Of a DNA stretch of 64,000 nucleotides, positions 25,549 to 39,353 are shown piece after piece. Source of the DNA: Octopus vulgaris (Eukaryota). Each line of letters starts with the position of its first letter. The stretch's first letter is position 1. Made by a program: the position numbers and the translations under genes. Below the pieces are notes generated by a model. It worked only from the letters and a program-made list of their open reading frames with translations. It was not told where the DNA came from and made no database searches. Location of the stretch: contig OX597834.1 of assembly GCA_951406725.2 (NCBI GenBank), positions 310,001 to 374,000 on the forward strand, given 5' to 3'.

Positions 25549-26463
25549 CAAGCTACCACTGGAGACAAGTATGTAACAAGACTATTCCTTTCAATTCCAG
25601 GCATAATCCACCTGACAGGCTTCTACATAGTTTCCATGTATCCATTTTCACTTACAAGGCTTGAGCCAAGCCAAGGCTGGACTAAATGACCCTTGACCAA
25701 GGTGCCATGTGGTGGGACTTTATGATGGCAAACTGATCTTCTTAACCAATGGGTCATGTGTCCATGGTAACAGCATCTGACAGTGACACACACACACAAA
25801 AGCATCAAACATAGCCATCGGCCACAAACAAGTTAGACCTGGTGGCAAACGCTGCCTTTGGTTTCCTATGGAGTTGTAAGCAAACAGAGTTGTGCTCTCC
25901 GGAGCTAGATGGCTCTTCTCATTTAGGAGCAATGGGTGAGAATGAATTAGAGGTATCTCCAAGGGGACAGGCAGTGGTGGTAGCTCAGGTAGCAGGATCA
26001 GTAGTGGGTTCAGGAAATGGGGGTTTGTAAGAGGATGTTGGGGAAAGAGATAGGGGAAGTGAGAGAGGGAGGTAGGCAACATCTGTAAGGATTGAGGGAA
26101 GCGAGTGTACAAGTTGGGAAGTTTACAGGGATACTAGCAGTATGGTAACAAGGGGAGGAGAGAGAGAGAGAGAGAGAGGGAGAGATGACATGATTGGATA
26201 GGCTGCAGGGGTGGAGTAGAGAGATAAAACAGGCATAATACATGAGGAGAGACAGTTTGGTGATCTGGAGAAGAGGGCAACCACTGTAGCATGTAGGTGT
26301 GGAAAACAATATCAATGGATAAAGAAAGGCAAACAAGTGAGAGGGTTTTGGATAAGAGGAGAGAAAAGTTGTATCGGGATGGTGGGGGAGAGGAGCCACA
26401 GAGGATAAGATGGTGTGTGTGTGTGGGGTGGTGACATGAGGTGGGGGTCGATTGATTGGAGTG

Positions 26464-26501
<38 letters not shown>

Positions 26502-26789
26502 CACATATATATGTACATGAAAAAAATATATATATATATATGTACACACTGTGAGGTTATCAGTGTTAGGAAGAGCATCTGGCCATAAAAATCATGCCAA
26601 AACAGACAGTGAAACCAGGTGCAGTTTTCTGCCAGGTTTGCTCTTGGCAAACTGTCCAACCCATGCCAGCATGGAAAACGGACATTAAACGATGATGACA
26701 GATACACACATGTCCACATGTATGCATATAAATGCAATATATCCCAACATGGTGTATTTAGAAGTCAGTTTCATGTTGATGAGTGGGTT

Positions 26790-27160
26790 TTCTTAAGAAC
26801 CTTATCTCACCAGAAATCTCAATCCTTTGTCATTTCCTCTGTAAGGCTCAGGGTGCCCAGGTCATCCTTCAACACTTCATTCCATATCTTCCTAGGTCTT
26901 CTTGTTCACCTATGTTCAGTGATTGGCATGTCTCTATACAGCTGTACTCACCCACATGCACCACATGTCCATATCAAAGCAGTCTGCCTTCTTGCACACT
27001 ACATCTAATTCCTCTTACACTCAGCCTTTCTCACAGCACATTCATTCACACTCACACTGCACATCCAACAAAACATGCTCTCTCCATTTCTTTCCTCTCT
27101 CCTCATGTCCCCTACATTCAATGCCCATGTCTCACAACCATGTAGCATTCTATAAACTTT
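26790..27160 (-). mobile_element. Degenerate RTE LINE 3' end
   Basis: Reverse complement contains gtgcaagaaggcagactgctttgatatggacatgtg and aagacctaggaagatatggaatgaagtg, homologous to 22270-22440. Confidence 0.7.
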
Positions 27161-27745
27161 CTTTCATTCTGAGAGAAACTACCTTTCTTGCCTGCAATAT
27201 GGGGAGAGAAAGGCTTTGACACAGGTTCCGGTTCCATTCAGCAAATGACACCCTAAGGGACTAGTCACTCCAAATGCTAGGGAACACTTGCTAAAGGTGT
27301 CATTCAGTGCAGTCAAACCCAAATGTTCTTGACTACAAAGTAAACTTCTTAACAACCACCCCTGCTCCCACCCTAGGCCACAAATATTTTAATATATGTA
27401 GCCGGATAAAACAGTTGACCATTTCAGAGAAGAGTGTTAGACCAATTTTAGAGAGGACTTGTGAGGCTAATTTCACAGGCAGATAAATTATGAATGAATA
27501 TGGTGTGTGTGTGTGTGTGAATAAATGTAGACACACACACATATCACCATCATCATAAGCAGCAGCAGCTTTTAATGCCTGTCTTCTATGTTGGTCTATG
27601 GACTGGAGAATTACATCATGATCCAATGTCTGCTTTGGAATGGTTTCTATGGCTGAATAACCTTTCTAATGCTAACCACTTTACAGTATGTACTGGGTTC
27701 TTTTTTTGTGACACCAACACACACACAAACATGCATATGTATGTA

Positions 27746-27805
<60 letters not shown>

Positions 27806-30800
27806 TTTCTAGTGTAATATATGAATTCATAGAATCATGTGGCTATCGTGTAAGGCTTCTCTATCAGACCTGCCTAGCAGACCACATAGAGTTGAAGCAT
27901 TGGCATAACCATGATGTTCTAGTGATCTGACAAGTTAGTTTTCTTTATCTACACTGATTTGTAAATATACAACTGTATAATGCGTAGAATTCATATTAGT
28001 TCAAACATGTAAACATAATTTATTTTACACTGGAATTATTATTACAGGATGAAAGCTGTGAAACAGCTGTAACCCTAAATATATCCCCCTCTTGTACCAC
28101 CTGTCTTTTTATGGTTTATATATGTGTGTGTGTGTGTGTGTGTGTGAAGCAAGAGACAGAGAGAGAGATATACATATATTCATGTATATGTGTGTATACA
28201 TACATAAATATATTTATACACATATATATAAACCTATGTACATACATATATAGATATATGGAAGTGATGAGTTTAGAAGAATATATATGTATATGATTGA
28301 ATATATATGTGTGTGTATTTATACAGAAAGAGAGAGAGAGAGGGGGGTTAGAAATAAGTTGTAAATCTCTATCAATCCGTTCATATATTAAGTTGATGTT
28401 TAGCATTGAGTGCTGGTGGAATATCACAGAATATATTCAACCTAGATCAGCTCCACAAGTGGCCGCCATGCAGTTATTGATCTAGTGGCAGCACAAGTCT
28501 TCAAATAGCACCACAAATAATCGCAACAACAACAACAACAACACTTTAACCAGAAAAAAATCTAGCAACACAAACCCCATTCCACCCACCGTGTTTTCGT
28601 CTCTTTGTAAACCTTCTTTGTTTTATTTCTACATGTTGCAGTCATCATTAGTTTCCACACCAATTTGAAATATCTGCAGATTGGCACACACACATGCATT
28701 ATGTATATATTGTATGTATATGTGTGTATACACACACACTCTAAGTCATGCAATATGGTTGATGTGTATACATGAACACAAATTGATTGACATTTCCTTT
28801 TCTGTTGACCTAGGCAAACCATGACAGGCGTGTCACGTATTCTAACAATTTCAGAATTTCTATGATGCCATTCCATCAATATGACATTTAAATTTATTAA
28901 TTACAAACTGGTTTTAATTATTTCCAATGTCGCTATTTCTGATGATGACAATCTTCAAAATAATTGTATTTTCCTTTTAAATTAAATGAAGGGTCAGAGC
29001 CTCTTTATAAATTATAACTCGTGGGTACCTGTGGAAAATCTACAGGTGTTATTGTAGTAAGTCAACTGGACATTACTGTCTCAAGTCTAAAGGCCTCCGA
29101 GAAAGCGTCCAGGAATTGAAACTATAATCTTGCAATTGGGACTATGATGCCCTCAATGCAAAGCCATGGGCCCCACACAGGGGTTGCAGCAAACAGCATT
29201 GAAAAGGTTTAATGCGATAAAATACTTGATCATTTTTACCTTTTTATAAATATTAAAATATACAAGCAAATATATACAACAACATACATAAACACACACA
29301 CACGCACACACATTTATAAAAATATTTGCACAATTTTTCTACAGGGGCAGACTTCTGTATACTTCTGTTCAGTCTCCAGTTAACCATTGCCACAAAATCC
29401 ATAGTGAAACTACCAGAGCTCAGTTAACTTAAACAATTTGTCAATATTTCCATGGAATTCAGACATAGTGAAACTACCATAACAGTTAATTACTGCTGAT
29501 GTTCGATATGATAGCAACAGACTGAGGCGAGCGATACAGAGCTACACTGCTATGAGTATTAGTAGATAAAAGAGTTACTACATCTCACAGAAATAATACT
29601 AAGGATGTTAGGGGTCAGAACCCCATTATAATCATAATACAATAGTTGGTGGGGGTCACTGCTGCTCACAGGAATATTGTGGCTGTTGGGGCCAGAACCC
29701 TTTGATTGTGGCCATTGAAGCAGTATTAAGAAGATTCTTTTAAGACTCTCAGTCTATGGCCTAAAAGAGTTTAGGTAACCTAAGTAGCAGTTTATTAAAA
29801 TTCCCCCAGCGTATTACAGATAGTTTTCATTTGTCAATCTGTTATCGATAATCTATAGGACTACATTAGCCAATATATACTTTTACACACAGAGAGATTT
29901 GTTTCTTCAGTACATCTCTGGGTATTAAAATTTAATATTTTACATGTCAATGGTGTGATGAAATTCAGACTCAAAATGTATGCAACTGTAACCCAGTAGC
30001 ACCAGACCTTTTTGTCCAATGCTCAACTGCTTCTGCCAACTCACTGCTTTTCATTACACACGCAGCAGCTGTTTTTGGTAATAGTTGATCAACTATAATA
30101 TACAATATAACAGTGCACATAACTATACATACATAGAACTATGTAACAGTGTATATACCTATATACCAGTGTATATATAATTATTGAAGAGTGCGTATAA
30201 TTATATAATAGGGAACATAACTTTGTAATTATGTATATAACTATAAACCTTTAAAATTTAGTTGGAGTTGCTGTCTGGTAAACTCTTACACAACAACAAT
30301 TCTATAAAACGTTAGAGTTCTCTGTTGTTCTTTTGTTATTCAATTGAATTGGTGTGGAAGGAGAGGCAGAGTGCAGGGCCTCCACACAGATGAGAGGGGT
30401 GATGGTCCTTTTTTACATTAACAATTTGACAAGAGGAGATACAAGTAAATATGGAGGGCTTGATTGAACAGTCACACAAGAACAACCAGATCCAAGGGCG
30501 AAAGGGGCCGGAGGTGATGTTGTAGTGTGAAAAGAGAGGAAAAAGATACAGCGAGGCTGCGCGTCAGAGGCTGGTGTTAGTTTGCAACAGATTTGAAATT
30601 AGGTGATCTTTCTCTGGATGTAGTTTAAGGTATCTACAGATGGAGTAGCTTAGTATCTCAACTGTGGGGGTCAGGACCTTATTGGAAGCTACCTCTGAGC
30701 TTTGTAATGGGCTAATATCGTTGCAGAGAAAGGCCAGCAGCAGGTCGTGTCAAGGATATGTGCTAGCTAGATAAATTAAACAGATTTATGAGTAAATAAC

Positions 30801-31293
30801 AAATAACAAGCATTCTAATAGCTGATGTTTTGTTTATACATCATGTCAAGTGTTTGGGTAGACTTAGTAGAGTGTCTTGGTACAACATCAAAGTGTTTAT
30901 AGACAAGTATTTTACAGCAGGCACCAATACATATACACTCACAAACAAGTGTGTGTGTATATATATATATATATATAAAACACAACAAAAGGAAATACAT
31001 CAATATATTTTCTAATTAAAGAGAATATAATTAGCACTCCCGTAAGCAGCTTAAAACTTATTGACTATGTTACAGTGGCCAACTGTTTGTTCTAAATATG
31101 TCATTGTATTCAGCCCGATCTGTTTAGCATGCAGCTAATCTTGATTATATTTATACAGTTAATAGTAGTTGGTGTAGGAATATATACACACACATAGAGA
31201 TTTGTTTCTTCAGTACATCTCTGGGTATTAAAATTTAATATTTTACATGCCAATAGTGTGATGAAATTCATCCAGTCTCTTTTGTAAAGTGAC

Positions 31294-31383
<90 letters not shown>

Positions 31384-32101
31384 GTTTCCAGCCCCAGAGA
31401 CCCTGCAGAAAAGATGGAAAGAGGAATCAAACAAATAGTATAAGAAGCCATATTGCAGGTTACCTGCCAGGAAGTTTGTATAACACCTGGTACAGGGTAG
31501 CATCGAGTGTTTAATCAGACAACAGACAATCCCTTTGGTGCAGGTGATACAAAGAAACTGTACCCAGTCCACAGTTGAAGACATCACTGCAACAAATATG
31601 GCCGGTTTTGTCTGTTGTTGTGAATGAAAGAGAATGTGGAACATGATAAGATGTTTTGGTAGATTATTCCTGATTTTGAATTCAGGAAATTGAGATATGA
31701 AGAGGCTACAAATTTAAAGCAATTTATCTAGTTTTCCAACTTCTTTATCATTTACAAATATTTAGCAATGTTCAAGACAGGCTAAGATCACACTCACACT
31801 CACACACACACACACACAGAGAAATATACAACTATATTGAAACAACTTCTTGTTTAAACAATTTTAAGTGTAGAGAGAAACTGTGTGGGACTTTACAATA
31901 TATTTTGGTTTTTAACATCTATGGAGATGCTGAAGCAAAAAGTCCATCTTAGAAAGAACTCGACAGATGTAGAACTAAATATTTTTTTTATAAACATACA
32001 TTTTATGTGTATATACATGTACATGAGTATACATACATGTGGTATATACACTCATATACCACTACCACATATAACAGAGATGAGAGTGTGTACACACACA
32101 C

Positions 32102-32392
32102 ATGCATATAATGTTATGTGGTCTGGATTCGTCTCTGTGTTTAGGTATAGCAGTGTACCCACTAAAACCAAATGATGACCTTAAGAGAAACATCACAGAC
32201 GAAAAAGCACAAAGTGATTGCAGAAGTGTGTGCTTTATTGATATCGGAACTGTGTTTGATTTGATAGAGAGACAGAGGAAGTGGTTGATGAAAATATTTA
32301 AAATCTCACCCAACCTGCCTCATGAACAAGAAGAGCCAAAGAGGCAATACAGAACCGTAGCAGTGAAGAGTTTAACATCTTGGCAGGCATAG
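32102..32392 (+). mobile_element. Highly decayed LINE reverse transcriptase fragment
   Basis: VCFIDIGTVFDLIERQRKW resembles the RT motif FIDxxKAFDxVxRxxLW. Confidence 0.4.
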
Positions 32393-33684
32393 TTTGTCAC
32401 TGCTCTGGACTAGGCATTTAGACGACATGTCATCAATAACTAGGCTTCACTGTTATATCTAAGAGGTCCAGGTGACTCCTTGCTGTGGTCCTAAAAGACT
32501 CCGCAGGGAACATCAATCTGGTGGCTTATTGTACGTGGCAAACACAGGAACTATTGAATAGAGTGAAGATATAGTGGGCCAACGTTGGTTTTTGATTAAA
32601 TGTCATGAAAACCAAGATCATAAAAAACAAAGGCTATGCAAGCATATGGCACCCTCAAAGACCATCCATCTCTAATAACAAGTAGTGTCACCTTGTGAGA
32701 AGTCAACTAAGCTTGGGTCCATGGCTCACTCTGATGTCAGAATAAAGGAGTTCGTTCCCTTGAAAGGCAAAGCCAGTGAGTTGAACCCTCCAGCATATCT
32801 AACTCAGTTTCTTTTGTGTCACTGTTAAGTCCTCTATCTGAAGCCTACCTTGCAGAAGTCTCAATGAGTCCATTGGTAGTGGCCATCACTATAGACTGGA
32901 GCTAATAGTTACACAGGAACTGAGTTATTGATATTATCTCAATATTTGACAGATTGTAAGGAAGAACTTGCAAAGCAAACATTGTTTGGTGCCAGGAATA
33001 GTCAAGAGCAAAACGACCATGTGGTAATTAGAGATTTTAATGATGGCAAGGATGAAAATATATGATTTCACATTTAATTGGATGTTGACTAAAATAACAA
33101 AAGGAATTAATTTATATTTTTTTGAATATGAAAATGACAATCTCTAAAATGGACCCGTATGTGTGTGTGTGTGTGTGCATGTGTACGCATGCATGCGTGT
33201 GTGTAGGCTGTGAATTGACCGACTTGCCAGAGCATCAAATAGACTGTCTTATGATGATATTTGTTGCAGCTGTGGTCCTGATGATCACAGGGACACCCAC
33301 CTTCCCATCTAATCCCTCGCCAAATTGACCAGTATGGACAGGCCAAAAGTCTACAACCAACAGAAGAGAACAATGTTACATTGAAGTTCCGTCCAGCTGT
33401 GGATCAACAACATCACAAATAAAATGGAAATTAGGGACATCGAATTTGTTTAGATAGATTTATGTGTAACTATATACATACACGGATATACATATATCCG
33501 AGCTATATATATCTATATATATATACACACATGTCAATATATGTATAGACATGAGGATATGTAGATGTGTACATGAAAATACAGTCATAGATGTATAGAT
33601 GCGCATGTGTAGCCACATATATATGTATATAGTTATGTGCATGGGTAGCTATGTAAGTATATACATACATACATATATATATAT

Positions 33685-33791
33685 AACAATTGCAGCGTGG
33701 AAGGTGTTTGTAAGCCATTTAAGAAACACACAAAAGCCGCTTTTGTATGTTTCTTAAATGGCTTACAAACACCTTCCACGCTGCAATTGTT
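33685..33791. repeat. Near-perfect palindrome (53-bp arms, one mismatch)
   Basis: aacaattgcagcgtggaagg...caaaagc-c-gcttttg...ccttccacgctgcaattgtt, between (TA)n tracts. Confidence 0.95.
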
Positions 33792-33843
33792 TTCGTTCCA
33801 GCACACGATCTCAGATCAAATCACTTGCTATGCAAGTACATCT

Positions 33844-33907
<64 letters not shown>

Positions 33908-33939
33908 GTGTATATATATGTATATATATGTATATATAT

Positions 33940-34281
33940 GGTGAAGGCACATGGCTCAGTGGTTAGAGCGTTGAGCTTAAGATTGTGAGGTTGTGAGTTC
34001 GAATCCCGGACTGGGCTATGTGTTGTGTTCTTGAGCAAGACACTTTATTTCACGTGGCTCCAGTTCACTCAGCTGTAGAAATGAGTTGTGACGTCACAAG
34101 TGCCAGGTTGTATCGGCCCCTTTGCCTTTCCCTTGGATAACATTGGTGGTGTAGAGAGGGGAGGCCAGTATGCATGGGCGACTGCTGGTCTTCCATAAAC
34201 ATCCTTGCCTGGACTTGTGCCTGGGAGGGTAACTTTCTAGGTGCAATCCCATGGTCAGTCATGACCGAAGGGGGTCTCAGC
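33940..34281 (+). mobile_element. tRNA-derived SINE with intact Pol III A and B boxes
   Basis: TGGCTCAGTGG (A box) and GAGTTCGAATCC (B box), then the family body tgtgttcttgagcaagacacttt; flanked by (TA)n. Confidence 0.82.
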
Positions 34282-35744
34282 ATATATATATATATGTGTG
34301 TGTATATGTACTTTTAATTGGAGCTGCTTTAGATATGTTATCAGTCAACAAATCTTCAGTCCACCTAGCATCAAAGCTGCATAGAATAAGATGTCCATTA
34401 TATACACACCACATGCAAACATGAAATCCTGTTTGTTTTAATGTGTTTTGATGGAAATATCAAATATGAGACTTTGAAATTAAAAAAAAGTGTAACCCCT
34501 ATTCCAATAATAGACGTGTTTCAATAATTTAGAAAAAAAATATTTGAAAATTCTTAATTTCTTATTTTACATTTTGTAATATTACAAGAACAGTTGCAGA
34601 GTTGGTGCCATTAAATGTTTATTAGAGTCAGCTCTCTATATTGTAATAGTTCGAATGAGATTTAGAGAGACGGAAAACTATGTAATGTGTAAATATCTAT
34701 CAATGATCAATGAACAGTGATCAATGTATGTTTAATAGTTTAGCTGGAGGCAGAAGTTTGACTATCGAAAGGAAAGAGTGTAGAAGTGAAAGCCTGCTAC
34801 ACACAATTCTTGTGAAGCTTCTAAATCTATTGACACAGTGAGGAGGAGGAGGAGGATGGTAGTTAGACAAGTAAAATGTTGTATGGAAAGAACTTCATAC
34901 ATTTTTAACTGTATGAACGATGTGTAATGTAGATTCTATTGATTGGCAAAACTAGTAGTAGTAGTAGCAGCAGCAGCAGCTGTAGTAGAAATGTGGTAGC
35001 AGCAGCAGTGGAAACAGTAAGTTAGTTATGGTAGAATTAAATAAAATGTGAGAGTGAAATGGAGACTGTAACGATGTAATTTAATCAAGTAATTTGTTTT
35101 TAATAAATAAATTGAAATGTTATCTGCTGTAAATGGTGAGTTTGAAAACTGCTTCAGTCAGTTTAATGGCGGTTGTTTAGTCCCAGGTCAGCCTTGATTA
35201 AGCAGATCAGCTATAATTAAAAATATTCCAACCATGACTATTCCATCTATTTGCAGGAGACTCAGGGCTATATTATTTAAGATGTTCCTTTTTAAGAAAG
35301 TGGGTCATGGTCTGAGGGAGATTTAGCTGCTATTTCTACCAGGCTGATTGACTACATCAAGACTCCATCATTGTCTTGTTCACTGTATAGTATTAATATG
35401 AGGTATTATTATACACTCGTAGCTGCATGAACAATAATCAGATAATCTAACGAAATCAATAAGTTGAAATCTGGAACAGAAGCGAACTAAGGTTGATTTC
35501 CTATCATAACGGTAATAGCCTGTCACATTAACATATCAGTTTCCTTGGCAACGTTCAAGAGCAGGTATTCATAACTATGCAATATACAGCCACCCAGGGA
35601 CCATGGGAGTCAATCTCTACTATTGTTTTCTATTAATGTACATGACTGAAATCCTCAATGATTTTCTTTCCCCTCCTGTTCCTGGACATCCATTTGTAAA
35701 TTAAAACGAGTTATTGGCATTATTAGATTGGTACATAAGAGAAC

Positions 35745-35801
<57 letters not shown>

Positions 35802-37393
35802 GAGATATACAGGTCAGTTTATGGAAGCCTGGAATTGTCACATAGTTGAGAATTACGGTTCTTAAATGATTGGAACACACTTGTTAAAGAGTTGATGATT
35901 CAGGTTGTCTTAGATCCCTAAATTTGGTGCAGCAAATTCATGCTAAAAAGGACAAGAACATTTATGGTTCTACAGAAGCTATTTCTTCTATCTCTCTCTC
36001 TCTCTCTCTGTATCTGTATGCATGCATGCACCACACACACACACACAGTCATAGCACCAACTACCAGATGATTCATTGTGAACCCTCAGTGATTAAATAT
36101 CCCATTTAATAAACCTACATTCTACTCTCTAGGTTCCTGTATCCCTATCTACCCTAACATTCCTGCCACCCATTTAAGTGTTCCAACAGCAAAACACTGA
36201 TGTTTTATGACAGTTGTTATTTCCTGGTAATATATCAAAGTGGCCACATTGTTCCTTTGTTCCTGGTTCATTTATATACCACCAACTAGTAATACCACAG
36301 CTGCTATATATTGTGTGTTTAAACAACAGTATCTTTAAGTTAGCAGTGGCTGAGGAGGTGAACAGTCACCGAAACATTGAGATCTGTGAAGAAATTTATG
36401 ATAAGTATTCCACATTTTCTTCATGTAAAATATTTAAGGTTCATTTTCCACATTTGTCAAATTGTAATGGAGACAGACAGACAGACAATCACTCAGTACA
36501 CTCTATATAGATGGTTGGGAAAGACATTCAGCCAGAGAAGCGATGCCAAACCAGACACTAGAGAATGACACAGTCTTCCATCTTGGATCTTGTTGAACTG
36601 TTCAACATATGCCAACCTGGGAGACAAACATTACCTGATTATGATGATGATGATCACACACAACACACACACACACTTTTGCTTGTTTCAGTCATTGAAC
36701 TACAGCCACACTGGGACACCATTCTGAAGGGTTAGGGTGAATCAAATCAAGCCCAGAACACATTTTTAAAGTTTAAAAAATTTTTTTTATCAGTCCCTTC
36801 CTTGCTGATCTGCTAATCTAGAGGGATGTAGACAAACCAGCATTGGTTGGCATGTAGTGAGACACACACACAAAGGTTACAAGATTCATCCAAAAGTGAT
36901 TCTACAAAAATATTCCAAATGTTGAAAATCACCAAAAAGTGGTCATTGTAGCAGTTTTTTTTTTAAATTATAAAAATCTATTTTAAAATGTAATTAACTT
37001 TCAAGTGTCTTTACAGCCAGGATAATCTGCTCAAAGATTAATTAAGATGTTAATTATATATTGGTGATATAAATTTTAAGGTTACATCTGAAAATGACTA
37101 ACAAGTTATGCTTTCAAACTGACATACTTCAGACCAGAACTGTTTTTTTCTTGGGGTGAAACAAAATAACAATAATATTAATGGTTTCAAATTTTGGCAC
37201 AAGGCCAGCAATTCTAGTGGGAGGAGATAAGTCGATCACATCAACTCCAGTGTTTAACTAGCACTTATTTGGGACCTTGAAAGGATGAGAGGCTAAGTCA
37301 ACCTTGGCAGAGTTTTTATTCAGATTGTAAAAATGAATGAAGTGCCACTAAGCATTTTGCCCAGCATGTTAACTATTCCACCAGTTTGAAGCC

Positions 37394-37445
<52 letters not shown>

Positions 37446-37447
37446 TA

Positions 37448-37480
<33 letters not shown>

Positions 37481-39353
37481 ATGGTGGTGATGATGATGAT
37501 GATTTCTTTCATTTACCAGTGGAGTGAAGGATATGGGGCACAATATAAAGACAGACACAAAGTGTGAGGGTTTACATATAATGAAATAAACAATAAATAA
37601 AAAACAAATAATAATAATAATATTCAATGCAATCAAGTGATTGAAGTAGGAGAGCAGACACTTATTTATTTAAAAAAATGAGAAGCTACAACACAATAAA
37701 GTGTTTTATCTGTGGAAAAGAAGAATTTGTGCGAGAAGGAAGAAGAGGAAAAGAGCAAAAGCTGAAAAGAGAAGTCAGTGGTTTGTGGAGTATAAAGGAA
37801 GGCAAAATGGTGTGAGGGATTGTGGGTATTGTTGGTAGAATAAAGGAGAAAATGAAATCAAGGTTAAAGAAGTCTGGGATTGGAAGACAAGCAGATCTAC
37901 TACAGAAAACAAAGGAAATTGTTATAAAGAGTAAGGACCCTAAGGAATGGGGTCACAATTTGAAATGAAGAAAGAATCCTAAAAGACCTTTGGTCAATGG
38001 TTATGAACTGTTCTTTGAAATGTAAAAACAACATAAGATCTGTCTGTGATATGGACAACAACAACAACAATAATAATATGTAAATAAATAAATATGTTAC
38101 TTATCTTGAAGACTTTGATGAAGGTAATCCAAAATTGAAAAGTGGAAACGGTGTGTTTTGAGAGTAATCCAAAAGATGTAGAACACAAGAAGTGCCTCAC
38201 CTTCTACATACATGCACGTGAGTGTGTGTGTAGATATAACCATATATATATATGTATATATATTTATACACACACACACACATACACACAACGCACTAGT
38301 TCAGGTAAAGACTCAAGTAACTGGAGCTATGATAAATTAATCCAAGTCATTTGAACCTGGTACTCCACATGGAAATATTAGTAATATTTATGTTATAAAC
38401 ATGAGCTGCGAGAAAGAAATATAAAAAGAACAACAACAACAAACATGCAGAGGTAAGAGAATTTCTGAGAAGAAAATTGGTAGAAATAGCAAAGCGAACA
38501 GAAATGAAAGAATTTGTAGAAAATGGCAAACTGTGTTTTGGTTTTGATAATCATTTTCAAAGTTTAGAAAACAGAAAGGATTTCAGACAATTGAAGAAAG
38601 AAATGGCACAGGTTTGTGATAATAGCTAAATGGAATAATTTGAAATTAAATAATGAACAAACCAGGTTATTGTCAAATATTATGCATGCATTTTATACAT
38701 GTATGTGCACACATACACACACAGATAAAGTGCAGGTGTAGGTGTGTGATTAAGAAATTTGCTTCCCAGTCACATGATTTGGGGTTCAGTCCCACTGTGT
38801 TGCACCTTGGACAAGTGTCTCCTACAATAGCTCCATGACCAATTAAAATTGATTGGATTTGGCTGACAGAAACTGATCAAAACCTATTGTGTGTGTGTGT
38901 GTATGTGATCTTGTCTCGCCATTGCGTGATAGTTGAGTCACTTTCATTCAAGAAGCGTAATTCATTGCTAATATTTTGTGTGAACATGTCTGGCCACATG
39001 ATGCTTGGAAACTTTTCCAGGTTTCCAGAGTTTACAGAGGTAGATTTTCTACAGCTGGATGCCCTCCCTGTCACCAACCTTCACCTGTTTCCAAGTGAAG
39101 CCAGATACATTCTGCAGAACACTGAAAACAAGTGACACTGCTTGTATGACATTGATGCTCATTTACAACTACCATACAACGTCAGGACAAGGAGACACCA
39201 GCACACACACACACACCCATACAACTGTCTGTCTGTCTGGCCGTCCATCCATCCATCCATCCATCTATCTATCAATTTATCTGTCAGCACAAACACAATG
39301 GACATTCAGTCAACCAAATCCACTCACAAGGCTTTGGTCAGCCTGGCACTATA

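Noticed and set aside
22827-37534. Extra sense-strand ATATCCTT octamers at 22827-22834, 30752-30759 and 37527-37534 as alternative U12 donors
   Set aside because: They lack the +9 T and have no Cav-like coding sequence upstream; roughly two such octamers are expected by chance in 56 kb of AT-rich DNA.
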